From contig NC_042997.1 of NCBI RefSeq assembly GCF_006345805.1, positions 23,870,001 to 23,934,000 of the forward strand: DNA of 64,000 nt. The letters are read 5' to 3'. The notes under the pieces are model-generated. The model did not search any database and was not told the DNA's origin. It saw only the letters and a program-made list of their open reading frames with translations. Positions 51,568 to 64,000 of this stretch are shown here, in pieces. This stretch comes from Octopus sinensis. Its lineage: Eukaryota. The position numbers were made by a program, and so were the translations under genes. How positions within the stretch are numbered: the first letter of the stretch is position 1; each line of letters starts with the position of its first letter.

Positions 51568-51737
51568 TAGGTGTGCTCACCTCGATTGTTGTTACCATAG
51601 CGTTTCGGCTGATGTACTCTCCAGCCTTCATCAGATGTTCTTGTGGAATTTCGCAATTCCTCCAGAACACCTAATGAACGCTGGAGAGTACATCAGCTGA
51701 AACGTTATGGTAACAACAAACAAGGTGAGGACACCTA
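51568..51737. repeat. Inverted repeat: two 83-bp Penelope-like terminus arms, 4-bp spacer, each with a hammerhead motif
   Basis: Arms 51568-51650 and 51655-51737, about 10 mismatches. Confidence 0.9.
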
Positions 51738-51801
51738 TCTGTCTATTGTAAATAAAATACAAGTTAATTGTTGTAGGTGAAGTTAAATATAGAGTAACCA
51801 A

Positions 51802-52033
51802 AGGTAGCGAGCTGGCAGAAACGTTAGCACGTCGAGCGAAATGCCTAGTGGTATTTCGTCTGCCGTTACGTTCTGAGTTCAAATTCCGCCGTGGTCCACT
51901 TTGCCTTTCATCCTTTCGGGGCCGATAAATTAAGAACCAGTTACGCACTGGGGTCGATGTAATCGACTTAATCCCTTTGTCTGTCCTTGTTTGTCCCCTC
52001 TATGTTTAGCCCCTTGTGGGCAATAAGGAAATA
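51802..52033 (+). mobile_element. SINE-A monomer, alpha tail, TSD containing gagtaacca
   Basis: aaatatagagtaacca upstream, aaatatatggagtaacca downstream. Confidence 0.92.
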
Positions 52034-52743
52034 TATGGAGTAACCATTTTCCGGAAAATTAAACTTATGTTTAAATTAGAAACTTTTATTACATAAGAGC
52101 TGCTGGAATACATAAGCTGTCGGCAAAATGTCTAGGCTTTATATTGTGAATTCAAATCCTGCGAAGGTCAACTTTACCTTTTATCTCTTCAGTATCGTAA
52201 AAGAAAAGTACCATTCCAATGGTACCGACTAACTCCGCCTCTTTGGAGGGCTTGTGTAAATGGAAAACAAAATACGCCGCATTAAACGCAATACCGTCAA
52301 GGAAATTTACTTCTTACATTTACGCTGAATGTGTTTTACATTTATGTGGCTACCCAACGTGCTCTGGCATTTTGAAAATGGAACGAAACAGAGTTTTATT
52401 TTATTATTTTCGTTCTTTTTTTTATTTTGTTTTCTTTTATTTTCTTTTTGTTACTCCAAAGGAAACGTGATGTTTCTGAACATTTGTCTGCTTGATAGGA
52501 CTCACCTAAGGCTAAACAAGGAAAACAAAGCTGTTGAATATATTTTAATTAGTAGAATATCAGAAAAGGAAAATGTAGAAATGAAATATTACATTATTGA
52601 AAGAAAAATAAATGAAATCGTATAAAAGTTTGACTGCGGTGTAAAGAAAACTAATATATGAAATATAAAATATGATGGTAAATATCGTATACATTAAATA
52701 ATTAGGAAACAGGTTCTTTGCATATATAGATATTCTATATATA

Positions 52744-52775
<32 letters not shown>

Positions 52776-52777
52776 CT

Positions 52778-52808
<31 letters not shown>

Positions 52809-53120
52809 CAGTTGTCTTATTTCAGTAAGAATATTTTGAATAGTATGAACACTAGTAAGTTCCCCTGCAACGCTGCGTTGGAGAATCATTTATAGATTTG
52901 ATGTGCTTCTTGCAAGAAGTTATATGAATACGACTAAGGATAACTAATCAATGAATATTTATTAATCCTCTGAAATATATAACATAAAGCTCTGTTTAAC
53001 TTCAATCCTTAGTTATTTTGAAACCATGCAAGCATAAATCATAAAATAATATAATCAAGAAACTGACTCCCACTCCTGATATCATCAACAGAACTTTTCA
53101 CTCACTATATAGCAATAGGT

Positions 53121-53437
53121 GGAGGCGCAATGGCCCAGTGGTTAGGGCAGCGGACTCGCGGTCGTACGATCGTGGTTTCGATTCCCAGACCAGGCGTTGT
53201 GAGTGTTTATTGAGCAAAAACACCTAATGCTCCACGAGACTCCGGCAGGGAGTGGTAGCGATCCCTGCTGTACTCTTTCGCCACAAATTTCTCTCACTCT
53301 TTCTTCTGTTGGCCTGCTCGCTTAGCCAGCAGGGTGGCGTCATTTGAAGGCTAAAACAATGCGAAGCGCATCGTGATCAGCGATGTGTAACATCTGATAG
53401 CCTGGTCGGTCACGGGGATCATGGTGATCACGGTGAT
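53121..53437 (+). mobile_element. SINE-C full length, tail type 3
   Basis: Matches 50262-50568. Confidence 0.92.
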
Positions 53438-53451
53438 ATAGAAATGAAAGA

Positions 53452-53940
53452 AGGCGGCGAGCTGGCAGAAACGTTAGCAAGCCGGGCGAAATGCTTAGCG
53501 GTATTTCGTCTGCCGTTACGTTGTGAATTCAAATTCCGCCGAGGTCGACTTTGCCTTTCGTCCTTTCGGGGTCGATAAATTAAGTACCAGTTACGCACTG
53601 GGGTCGATGTAATCGACTTAATACCTATGTCTGTCCTTGTTTGTCCTCTCTATGTTTAGCCCCTTGTGTGTAGTAAAGAAATAGGTATTTCGCCTGCCGT
53701 TACGTTCTGCTTTCAAATTCCGCCGGTGTCGACTTTGCCTTTCATCCTTTCGGGGTCGACTAAATAAGTACCAGTTACGCACTGGGCTCAATATAATCGA
53801 CTTAATCCGTTTGTCTGTCCTTGTTTGTCCTCTCTGTGTTTGGCCCCTTGTGGGTAGTAAAGAAATAGGTATTTCCTCCGTCTTTACATTCTGAGTTCAA
53901 ATTTCGCCGAGGTCGACTTTGCCTTTTATCCTTTTATCCT
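53452..53940 (+). mobile_element. SINE-A trimer (array 3): head + alpha + alpha + truncated beta-type unit
   Basis: Unit starts at 53500, 53684, 53868. Confidence 0.92.
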
Positions 53941-54815
53941 TTCAGACAGTCTTTAAAGCTTAAAACAGCCTCAACAGATTTTTTTTTAATGCTATAAAAA
54001 TGTTAGATCTAGTTCACATCCTTCGCAAAAGAAATTTTTTACACCGAAGAAGGAACCATAATTTATAAAAGAGAACCAGATACCAACCCGAAAAGAAATT
54101 AAATTCACATTTCAGTAGAATAATAAAGCTCTAATAAGAGTTTTTATACAATATTCACAAGGAATATCCAAACTATGTACGAATCGACAAAGAAATGGAA
54201 TCAAATTTTAAACAACGTTTTGATGATTTATCTTGCAAAACTACAATTTATCTTTCATTTTACGGCTATCGTTAAATTAAATACCAATCATTGTAGTTCT
54301 ATTTAATCGACTGTTCCCTATCTCAAAATATACTGATTTCATTATGATGCAGAAATCATCATTGGTTATGATAATCGCTGTTACAATAGTAACTGCGAGA
54401 TGGGAAAGAGTACGAGTTGGCAGTGGAGATGGTGATGGATATATATAAGATAGACAGAAGAGATGAGCCTACGGCTAGCAAAGTCCGCGACCCTGTCGGG
54501 TCTGTGACTTACTTTCTTATTGTTCCCTGTGATTCTGTGGTCATTGTAATGTTGGATGTAGGCAAGATAAATGAACGGATGATATAGCAGCATGTGTTCA
54601 GGGATTATATTAGACAAAATGTGGCATGTTTAGTACAAATTACAAACGTGTTAAACTCAAGTGTATGTACGATAAACCGAATATACGTACGTTTATTTAA
54701 AGTGTGTATCGAAAATTCCTATATGATGGTGTGCAAAGCCAAAAGCGTCCTCATAAAAGCACACTTACGTATATTCACAGGATCGATGGAGAAACACTCA
54801 CTCTCTCTCTCTCTC

Positions 54816-54859
<44 letters not shown>

Positions 54860-54969
54860 GCTATCTATCGGTCTATGTATCTGTATATCTTTGTGTGTCT
54901 ATCTCTGTGATATATACATATATACATATGTGTGTATGTATGTATGTATGCATGTATAGACGTAAAATG

Positions 54970-55001
<32 letters not shown>

Positions 55002-55104
55002 TATAATTTAACCCATAATAAAAATAGCAACAACTATAAGAAGTACAATATATATTTAAGATTTGCCTGTGCATACTAAATACATATATATATATATATA
55101 TATA

Positions 55105-55153
<49 letters not shown>

Positions 55154-55556
55154 TATATATCAACATTATATTTTATGGGTATATATGTATATATAAACAT
55201 TTATATATATATTATTATATATATATATATATAGATATATAAAACATTTATATTTTAATATATTTATTATTTATATATTGTATATATATAGAGATATATA
55301 ATACACATATAATGATAACAATTATATATATATGTATGTTTGTGTGTATGTATGTATGTATGTATGTATGTATGTATGTATGTATGTATATGTGTATATA
55401 AAGATCTGTGTAAAAGGAAAATGTACTAATAAAATAACATGAGAAAATAAAGGAAGCAAAAAACGAAAAGAAACAAGAAAAGAAAGCATTACAAATGACA
55501 GACAGAAAGAAAGATTTCGGCTTGAGATAAGGTAAGATCTTCGTCGTTTTTCGTTC

Positions 55557-55637
55557 CAGATATTTATTCAGAAAATTCTCCCCACATCGATTCTTTTTCC
55601 AGTGCATCACAACTCGCCAAAGAATCGTCCATTTTTC
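55557..55637 (+). repeat. 81-bp unique-looking segment duplicated at 58770-58850 (79/81 identical)
   Basis: Direct comparison. Confidence 0.92.
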
Positions 55638-56416
55638 TTATCTTTCCAATCAGTTACTTTCTATATCTGATAACCGAACTATATTTTTTTTCTTCTTCTC
55701 GTCTGCTTCTTCTGATTTTCTTCTTAATGTTCTTTCATAAAATATTTCCATTATTATCCTCCATAGTTTCCTCGAGCTATATTTCTGTTTGGTTTATTTT
55801 CGAATTTTGAGGGGGGGTTTTATTGTTTTTTTTTTTCTTTGGCAATTTTTTTCCGTGGTGGGATGTTGTTAATATGTTTCTTTTATTCTTCTATGTATTT
55901 CCGCCTTTTCTTTTTTTTATTCTTTCTTGTGCTTCGACATTCGTCTCTGTGTGTGTATACGTGAATACGTGTTAGCGTCTTAATGTATTTCTCTCAATAA
56001 GTATACACGTACGCATTCTTGTATGTGCCATTGTATCACTATGTGGGGATTTTTTTAGGTTTGTTTTCTTCCCTAGAACGAATACCATTTCTTTTTGTCT
56101 TAGTTCTTATTTGCCCTTTCTCACATCACATATAGAAACTCTCACTCACTTCGTCAATTTCTCTCTGCTTCACCCATTTGGTTCTTCCTCTCTTTCTCAT
56201 ATTTGCTCTCCTCTTCTCTGTCATTTCTTTCAATTTCTGATTGTCTCTTCGTTATTTCTGCATAAAAACAAATTATTTTTACATCCACAGACAGTCACAC
56301 GCATGCTTTAACGTTGTATGTATATTTGCTTGTCAGTTCGTCCGGCCGTGGAATCGAGGAATTCAGAGTATCAGTGAAGAGTAACTGCAATATCGAATAA
56401 ATGAATATACTATATA

Positions 56417-56462
<46 letters not shown>

Positions 56463-56472
56463 ATATATGTGT

Positions 56473-56512
<40 letters not shown>

Positions 56513-56576
56513 ACATATATATATATACATACATATATTTATATATATTTATATTTATATATATATATATATATAT

Positions 56577-56712
56577 AGCGGTTCGGCAAAAGAGAACGAT
56601 AGAATAAGTAACTTGGCTACAAGAATAAGTCCCGGGGTCGATTTGCTCGACTAAAGCCGGTGCTCCAGCATGGCCGCAGTCAAATGACTGAAACAATGTA
56701 AAAGAGTAAAGA
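56577..56712 (+). mobile_element. SINE-B 3' half following (TA)n
   Basis: gcggttcggcaaaagagaacgatag..gactgaaacaatgtaaaagag. Confidence 0.88.
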
Positions 56713-56802
56713 ATACATATTATATAATACGTATGTAGCGTGTGTGTGGATGTGTGTGCGTGCGTGTGCGTGTGCCTGTTATATATATATATATATATAT
56801 AT

Positions 56803-56885
<83 letters not shown>

Positions 56886-57410
56886 ACGTTATGGCATATG
56901 AAGCTACACAAAAAGGATAGTCGCAATGCAGTAGATTTGCAGTTGGAAGCCCCACCCTCTAAAGAAAAATACTCCCTGCAATATACATCTGGAAGTTCCT
57001 TGAATGACGTATTCACAACTTTAGCATTGAACGCTACACCTACAGCAGAAGAGGGTGACATTGCATAGTGACTTCTTTATAATCAAAATACAGGATCGGG
57101 TGTTGCAATCGTTTTATCATAACAAAGAATGCGTTGGAATGTGGTCATCTAGCATGCGGTTTGATCGTCAAGGCCAACTGATCGGTATTCTTCGGCATTT
57201 CATGAACTTTACCAGCAATGAGAATGAATTCCTTAGCAAGCAGAAAGTGCCTGTGAAAAATCTCATTTTCTGCTGGCTGATATCAAGGGTGGTAATAATT
57301 TGCCATCTATACGACACCTGGTGCAGGTGCGGTGCTGAACCTTATGATGTTAAAGGTATCTGCCAGAAGAATAAACTCATCATACTTAAAAAAATATATG
57401 TTAATAGGAT

Positions 57411-57755
57411 ACTCTTTTACTCTTTTATTTGTTTCAGTCATTTGACTGTGGCCATGCTGGAGCACCGCCTTTAGTCGAGCAAATCGACCCCAGGACTTAT
57501 TCTTTGTAAGCCTAGTACTTATTCTATCTGTCGCTTTTGCCGAACCGCATCGGACAAACATATATACACATATACATATACATATACATATATACGACGG
57601 GCTTTTTTCAGTTTCCGTCTACCAAGTCCACTCACAAGGATTTGGTCGGTCCGAGGCTATAGTAGAAGACACTTCCCCAAGGTGCCACGCAGTGGAACTG
57701 AACTCAGAACCATGAGGTTCGTAAGCAAGCTACTTACCACACAGCCACTCCTACG
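57411..57755 (-). mobile_element. SINE-B with a partial deletion
   Basis: Reversed head, microsatellite and tail. Confidence 0.88.
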
Positions 57756-58769
57756 GCTATAACTTCTAACTTCTTTGATGCCTTTTGTTAGCTCTGGTGT
57801 AAGGTGGTGTTAGAAAATACCAGAGAGTGAGATGAACTTCGAGATACGGTAAAGCCAGCAGAAGTGGTGGATGTCGAGTGATGTGTTGCAGCTTCGTCGA
57901 TATCTCGAGTGTGCGCAATCAGCTTCTCAGCTAGGCTCCACTGCAAGTCTTGCCTACAAACTACCGGATACGAGTTGTTGCTAGTGTGGATGAATGGATG
58001 GCAAAATAAAATACTACAAGATCAGAATTAAATAATAAATAGATAATTTAAATGAATAAACGAACATATGAGTGAATAAGAGTGTGAATAATTGAATAAT
58101 ATTAACCAGCAGGACCCGTGAATATTTCATGGAATTAATGCTATCCCCAAAACCTGAAACCGTAGCCTGTGTTGTGTCTGTATCATCTGCTGTCATTGAA
58201 AAGTAAAGGAAATTGGAATACGAAAATTACTTAATGCACTTTATATTCTTTATGCACAATTTTATAGACTTAATACACAACGCTCTCCCTCTTTTTCTCT
58301 CACTCTTCCCCTTGCCCGCTTTTTCTTTCTCTTTTTCCTTTCGCTCTTCGCCTTTCTTTAAAGTAATCAAGTGAAAGCATTACGGATGGGCTAAGTAACG
58401 GAGCAATAACCACCCTCCCATTCCTCTACTCTATCGTCCCTTCAATTAATCACGTGGAAGCGTCACAGACGGGCTAAGTAACGGAGTAACAAGCAGATTT
58501 ATTATAAGATAAGTAGCTGAAAGAACTATATGCGGGAACGTGTAAAAAAGTAACACAAATGAATGAGTGAATATAAGAAGGAATATATGAATTAATTCAA
58601 AAGTACATGTGCATGAATGAATGAGCAAATATACAGTTTTTGATGTTCGGAAGCCGGGTTTAGTCGCTTACATCCACAGCGGTGCATGACTGGTACTTGA
58701 TTTTATCGAAGGATTTGAACTCAGAACATAAAGATATGGAATATATGTTGTAACGCATCTTCTTGGTTT

Positions 58770-58850
58770 CAGATATTTATTCAGAAAATTGTCCCCATAT
58801 CGATTCTTTTTCCAGTGCATCACAACTCGCCAAAGAATCGTCCATTTTTC
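58770..58850 (+). repeat. Second copy of the 81-bp segment
   Basis: Direct comparison. Confidence 0.92.
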
Positions 58851-58854
58851 GGAC

Positions 58855-58909
<55 letters not shown>

Positions 58910-58988
58910 GATTGTTATCATTATATGTGTATTATATATCTCTATATATATACAATATATGAATAATGAATATATTATAAATCTAAAT

Positions 58989-59023
<35 letters not shown>

Positions 59024-59150
59024 TATATATATATATTTATATATATATAGTAATCTATTTATATATATTGTTATCATTATATGTGTATTATATATCTCTA
59101 TATATATACAATATATAAATAATGATATATTATAAATAAAATATGATTAT

Positions 59151-59186
<36 letters not shown>

Positions 59187-59191
59187 ATATA

Positions 59192-59241
<50 letters not shown>

Positions 59242-59568
59242 GTTGAAACTGTAATGATTCTGCCTTAGGAAATGTATTAAGAGTGAAAGGCACATAACGT
59301 GGTAGTTAAGTTGTTAGATTTACTGTCGTATGTTCAGTTCTTCTATTGGACGGTGCGATTTGTGCTCAAGAAAAGAACCTTCTTTCATGTTGATCCAGTC
59401 CGCCATCGCCATCATCGTTGCTGTCTTCGTCGTCGTCATCATTATCACTGGGTTGCCACCTTCATCACCGCCCTCATTGAGAAGGGCATACACGTTGATA
59501 AATATAAAAGTACGTAAAGCATGTTAACACACACACATACGTTACACACCAGAAACATACAAACACAA

Positions 59569-60169
59569 AGCGGCGAGCTGTCAGGAACGTTAGCACGCCG
59601 GGCGAAATGCTTAGCTGTATTTCGTCTGCCGTTACGTTCTGAGTTCAAATTCCGCCGAGGTCGACTTTGCCTTTCATCCTTTCAGGGTCGATAAATTAAG
59701 TACCAGTTACGTACTGGGTCGATATAATCGACTTAATCCGTCTGTCTGTCTGTCCTTGTTTGTTCCCTCTGTCTGTAGACCCTTGTGGGCATTAAAGAAA
59801 TAGGTATTTCGTCTGCCGTTACGTTCTGAGTTCAAATTCCGCCGAGGTCGACTTTGCCTTTCATCCTTTCGGGGTCGATTAAATAAGTACTAGTTACGCA
59901 CTGGGGTCGATACAATCGATTTAATCCCTTTGTATGTCCTTGTTTGTTCCCTCTGTCTGTAGACCCTTGTGGGCAGTAAAAAATAGGTATTTCGTCTGCC
60001 GTTACGTTCTGAGTTCAAATTCCGCCGAGGTCGACTTTGCCTTTCATCCTTTCAGGGTCGATTAAATAAGAACCAGTTACGCACTGGGGTCGATACAATC
60101 GACTTAATCCGTCTGTCTGTCCTTGTTTGTCCCCTCTGTGTGTAGCCCCTTGTGGGCAGTAAAGAAATA
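59569..60169 (+). mobile_element. SINE-A trimer (array 4), whole array flanked by TSD aacatacaaacaca
   Basis: Unit starts at ~59616, 59803, 59986; TSD at ~59554-59567 and ~60173-60186. Confidence 0.93.
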
Positions 60170-60199
60170 AGGAACATACAAACACACACGCAATGTCAC

Positions 60200-60650
60200 A
60201 AGCACATACAAACACACACACACGTAATAGCAACAGTAAAAACAGTAGCAGCGCCACCAACAACGGAAATGACTACCAGCACAACTCTGACGACGACGAC
60301 GACTACGAAATGAGTAAAAATACCAACGATGAAAACATTTAACAACCAAAAACAAGAACAACAACTGTAAAAGCAACCACAATATGCAAGCAACTACCAA
60401 GCCACAAAGAAAGACAGCATGGAGAACAATGACAACGGCAGGAGCAGCAGCAAACCACAACAACAACAACACAAAAAAACCCAGCAACAACAACAACAAT
60501 ATGTGACCAGCTAAGCGGTCCACAACGAAAGACAGCAACAACAGCAGCAACAGCAGAACCTGCAACAACAACAACCCCAACAATAATAACAACAAACACA
60601 ACCATGACAACGCCTACAAATACAACAACTTCAAACACAGCGTATCAAAG
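60200..60650. repeat. CAA/CAG-rich low-complexity tract
   Basis: Direct. Confidence 0.85.
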
Positions 60651-60954
60651 ACAAATGGCAAACGGAAGAATCATCAGAATTGTCTTCATCTGGTTTAATC
60701 CCTGTCAAAGCTGTTCACGATCAACGACATTGCCAGAAACAGGATAATCACCATCTAAATCCCATCTTATCGTTCCTTTATTATCATCTATTCTCTTCTC
60801 TGCTATTTCTTCCCGCCGCCATTTTCTTCTCTCCTTTTCTTCTTTCCTTTTCTTTTTCTCCATTCCTTCCCTTTATACGTCCTTTTATTTTCTTCATTTA
60901 TATATTTTTTTATTCTTGCTAGTCTTTTATCGTTTTTGAATTTTTTTCCCGTTG

Positions 60955-61033
<79 letters not shown>

Positions 61034-61119
61034 TATATTTATATATATATATATATATATTATGTTATATAATATATTTAAATATTATATATTATATATA
61101 TATATATATATACGTATAC

Positions 61120-61150
<31 letters not shown>

Positions 61151-61151
61151 A

Positions 61152-61190
<39 letters not shown>

Positions 61191-61634
61191 CATATGATAC
61201 GTATACATATATATATGTGTATATATTGTGTAATATATGTGTATATATGTATGTATGCTTGTGTATATGTATGTATGTACGTATAAAACAGAGCGAGTGA
61301 GAGACATGTACACACACTTATAAACATAAGCATGCATTTACACATGCGCACACATATTTGTCTATGCGTGTATGTGTGTGTGTGTGTGTGTGTGTGGTTG
61401 AGCGTGTATGCATGCACGCGTGTGTCTGAATGTGTGTGCGTGTGTGTATGTGTGAATATAAATAAATGCTTGGGTATGTGCCTATGAACGTGCGTTTATA
61501 CATTTGTATACATATATATGCTTTGATGAAGACAAATACTCATATGCTATATACATATACATGCATGCACACACACATCTATATATACATATTATATATA
61601 TATATATATTATATATATACATATATATATATAT

Positions 61635-61701
61635 CAACAGCCAAGATGAACGCAATATATATATATAATATATATATATATTGCGTTCATCTTGGCTGTT
61701 G
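61635..61701. repeat. Perfect 21-bp inverted repeat around a (TA)n spacer
   Basis: caacagccaagatgaacgcaa / ttgcgttcatcttggctgttg. Confidence 0.95.
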
Positions 61702-62879
61702 TTTTTTTTTTACGTGCTGGCCATACCAAAATCCTTGTTTTGCAAATGAAAATGGTATTGGTTGGTGCCAAGAATTTATCCTTCCAGTTTTGTTCCTTCC
61801 TTTTTTTTATTATTTCTTCTTATAGCAAAGGTTTGGATGGAAATAAGCCAACAAAGCTGCTGTTAAATGCATACACACACACATACACACACGCACACAC
61901 ATACGCGCACACACATATGTACACATGACGTACATGTGCGAACCCATCACTCACGCACACATGGCATCATATAGAAACTGTCATACAGTCATATACGCAT
62001 CACATTTTTTTCTGTATCGATGTACGCACGCATTTATGTATGCATTTACGTATGTATTTATATATATATATATATGACATTTTATATGTGCATATGAGTA
62101 TGTGTACATGTGTGTATGTGTATGTTTGTAATGTCTTTATGTGTTTTAATACGGATTCTATTCCTGATTGTAGTTTTCGAATTTATTTTGAGTGAACGCC
62201 TGCTCGGTGGCAAGGTTTTAGACAAAAAGAATCCAAAACAAAACAAAAGATAGATATCTTGTTCTTTTTATCATTCGTTGACCAACCATTCACTCCTAAA
62301 ATGTAAAAAAGTTCTACCGTTATTTATTTTCCCCAGATAGGACTACCATCTGTATCGTGTGAATTTATTAAGCCACAGTTTTCTTCCTAGAATCTGTTTA
62401 GAAATACTGGCATCTATGTGGGTTGCTATGTTGTATCATGTACCCCTAATAATGACGGGTATAAATTTGAAAGCGCATTTTGAGCAATAGGCTTGGAAAC
62501 TCCTACTTCCAGTTAACTGCCAAGTTTTTAATTTCGTGTCCCTTAACAGCAATATCATGTCAAATATGTTTCAGTTTGGATGTTCCTTCACATTTTGTGT
62601 TTCTCCAATATCCTCAAGATCAGTATGTTATTTTGTGTTTGAATTCAATGAATATTGCGTTTATTTATTTGCTACTTACTAATTGTTCTTCAATAACGGT
62701 TTATTATTCGATAATTGTTTCTTCAAAATCATTATGGACCGATCAGCCGTTTTTGTTACCGTCCAACGGGGCAAAATTTTAAGAGAAAGAGATTTTTCAG
62801 AGGTGTTCAAAATTTTGTTAAGGTTATGTCTGGAGATATTTAATAGAAATTATAGACACCAGTGATTTTGAGCCAGTTT

Positions 62880-64000
62880 TAGCACGTGTCTACTGCACCT
62901 AGCAACAGACGTGTGAGCCAGAAAGTGGTGACGCTGCTGAGAAATGATCCGAACAAGGAGGATGAGATTGAAAACTTCAGGCCCATATCACTATTCAGCA
63001 GAGAGTTAAAGACTTTAAATAAGGTGCCCACCAAGAAGCTGGCGCTTGTTGTCAATAGAATAGTCGGGTATGCACAAACATGTGCAATACGCACTAGATC
63101 TATCCACGACAATCTTCACCTCATGCGATACATCGTTGAACGGGTCGGCAATAGGTGCACAGGTCAATTTGTACCAATCCAAAGTTTTTGACAGAGTGAA
63201 CCATCACTCTCTGGTGTCTGTCTTAAAAGCTGTCAGTTTCATCCTGTTTTCAGTGGCTAGACCAGCACAATATCTAATAGCTTCTCTTCGGCTGTCAAAT
63301 TGAATGGCCACCTCTCGGAACCTTTCAGTATTGAACCCTCGGTACGCTTAGGATGTCTCCTCACCCCGCTTTTATATATTTTAGCCTTAGAACTCTTGTT
63401 GCAAAGAATGGAGAATTTGAAGAGTATCCCGCTGGAACTAGGTCTCAGGAAAGCAGTGTCCCATACGCAGACGACGTCACTGTCATGATGTCGGATTCTT
63501 CGGACGTATAAAGGATCGACACAATATTGAAAGAATATCAGGAATGCATAGGAGCACTCATAAACCAGGACAATTCAGTAGGTCTACAACTAGGCTCTTG
63601 GAGAGGAAAGTCGACCAACAACGATTTCTGTCGCTGGACAGAGGGTCCGGTGAAAATGCTCGGATTTTGGTTCGGATCAGATGTCCAAGTAGATAGGAAC
63701 TAGAAAGAGGTCATGACTAGGGTGACCAAGCTACCCATAAATGGTCAGAAAGGAAGCTGTCGTTGAAAGGCCTGCGGAAACAGCGAAAGTATATTTCGCT
63801 TCGGTAGTATATTATCACCTAATCGTCGTACCTTTTCCTAACAAAACTCCGATTCTTATGGAAGGGTTAGGTTCTTCTGATCAGAAAATCCATCTGCTAT
63901 TAACACCCACAACGTGGTGGTCTTGAGATGCTATCCTTAATGATGCACCGTCATGCTTTGAGGCTGTCGCACCTACACAAATATCTAAATCACTGCGATG
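62880..64000 (+). pseudogene. Decayed L1/Tx1-type LINE reverse transcriptase, continues past the window edge
   Basis: NFRPISLFSRELK, RSIHDNLHLMR, QSKVFDRVNH, SVRLGCLLTPLLYILALE, YADDVTV, LGFWFG across frameshifts and stops. Confidence 0.88.

Noticed and set aside
53945-54300. hAT transposase remnant (EMESNFKQRFDDL)
   Set aside because: A single short motif with no TIR/TSD; too weak to annotate.

Overview
Eukaryotic, AT-rich, microsatellite-saturated intergenic or intronic DNA. The SINE families and repeat landscape look like an octopus (coleoid cephalopod) genome, which is inference. No host protein-coding gene, tRNA, rRNA or CRISPR array can be supported; almost all ORF-track entries are microsatellite artefacts. 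There is a 100-N gap at 19792-19891. Contents: (i) a young, 5'-truncated R4/Dong-type retrotransposon (RT, CCHC knuckle, restriction-like endonuclease) in a (TAA)n tract, plus five older fragments; (ii) a decayed L1/Tx1-type RT at the right edge and two 3'-end copies of a LINE-like element sitting in (TATC)n; (iii) Penelope-like remnants (GIY-YIG, RT, several termini) carrying minimal hammerhead ribozyme motifs, some with recurring non-canonical cores, and one head-to-head hairpin pair; (iv) at least four tRNA-derived SINE families with swappable 3' tails; (v) four non-autonomous Helitrons, a Tc2/Kanga-like MITE and a mariner fossil. The most unusual signal is SINE-A. It forms head + three 184-bp head-to-tail units at four loci, distant arrays share position-specific variants, and the unit tail matches the 3' end of the (TATC)n-associated LINE-like element. 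This suggests a multimeric or self-nesting SINE mobilised by a target-specific LINE.
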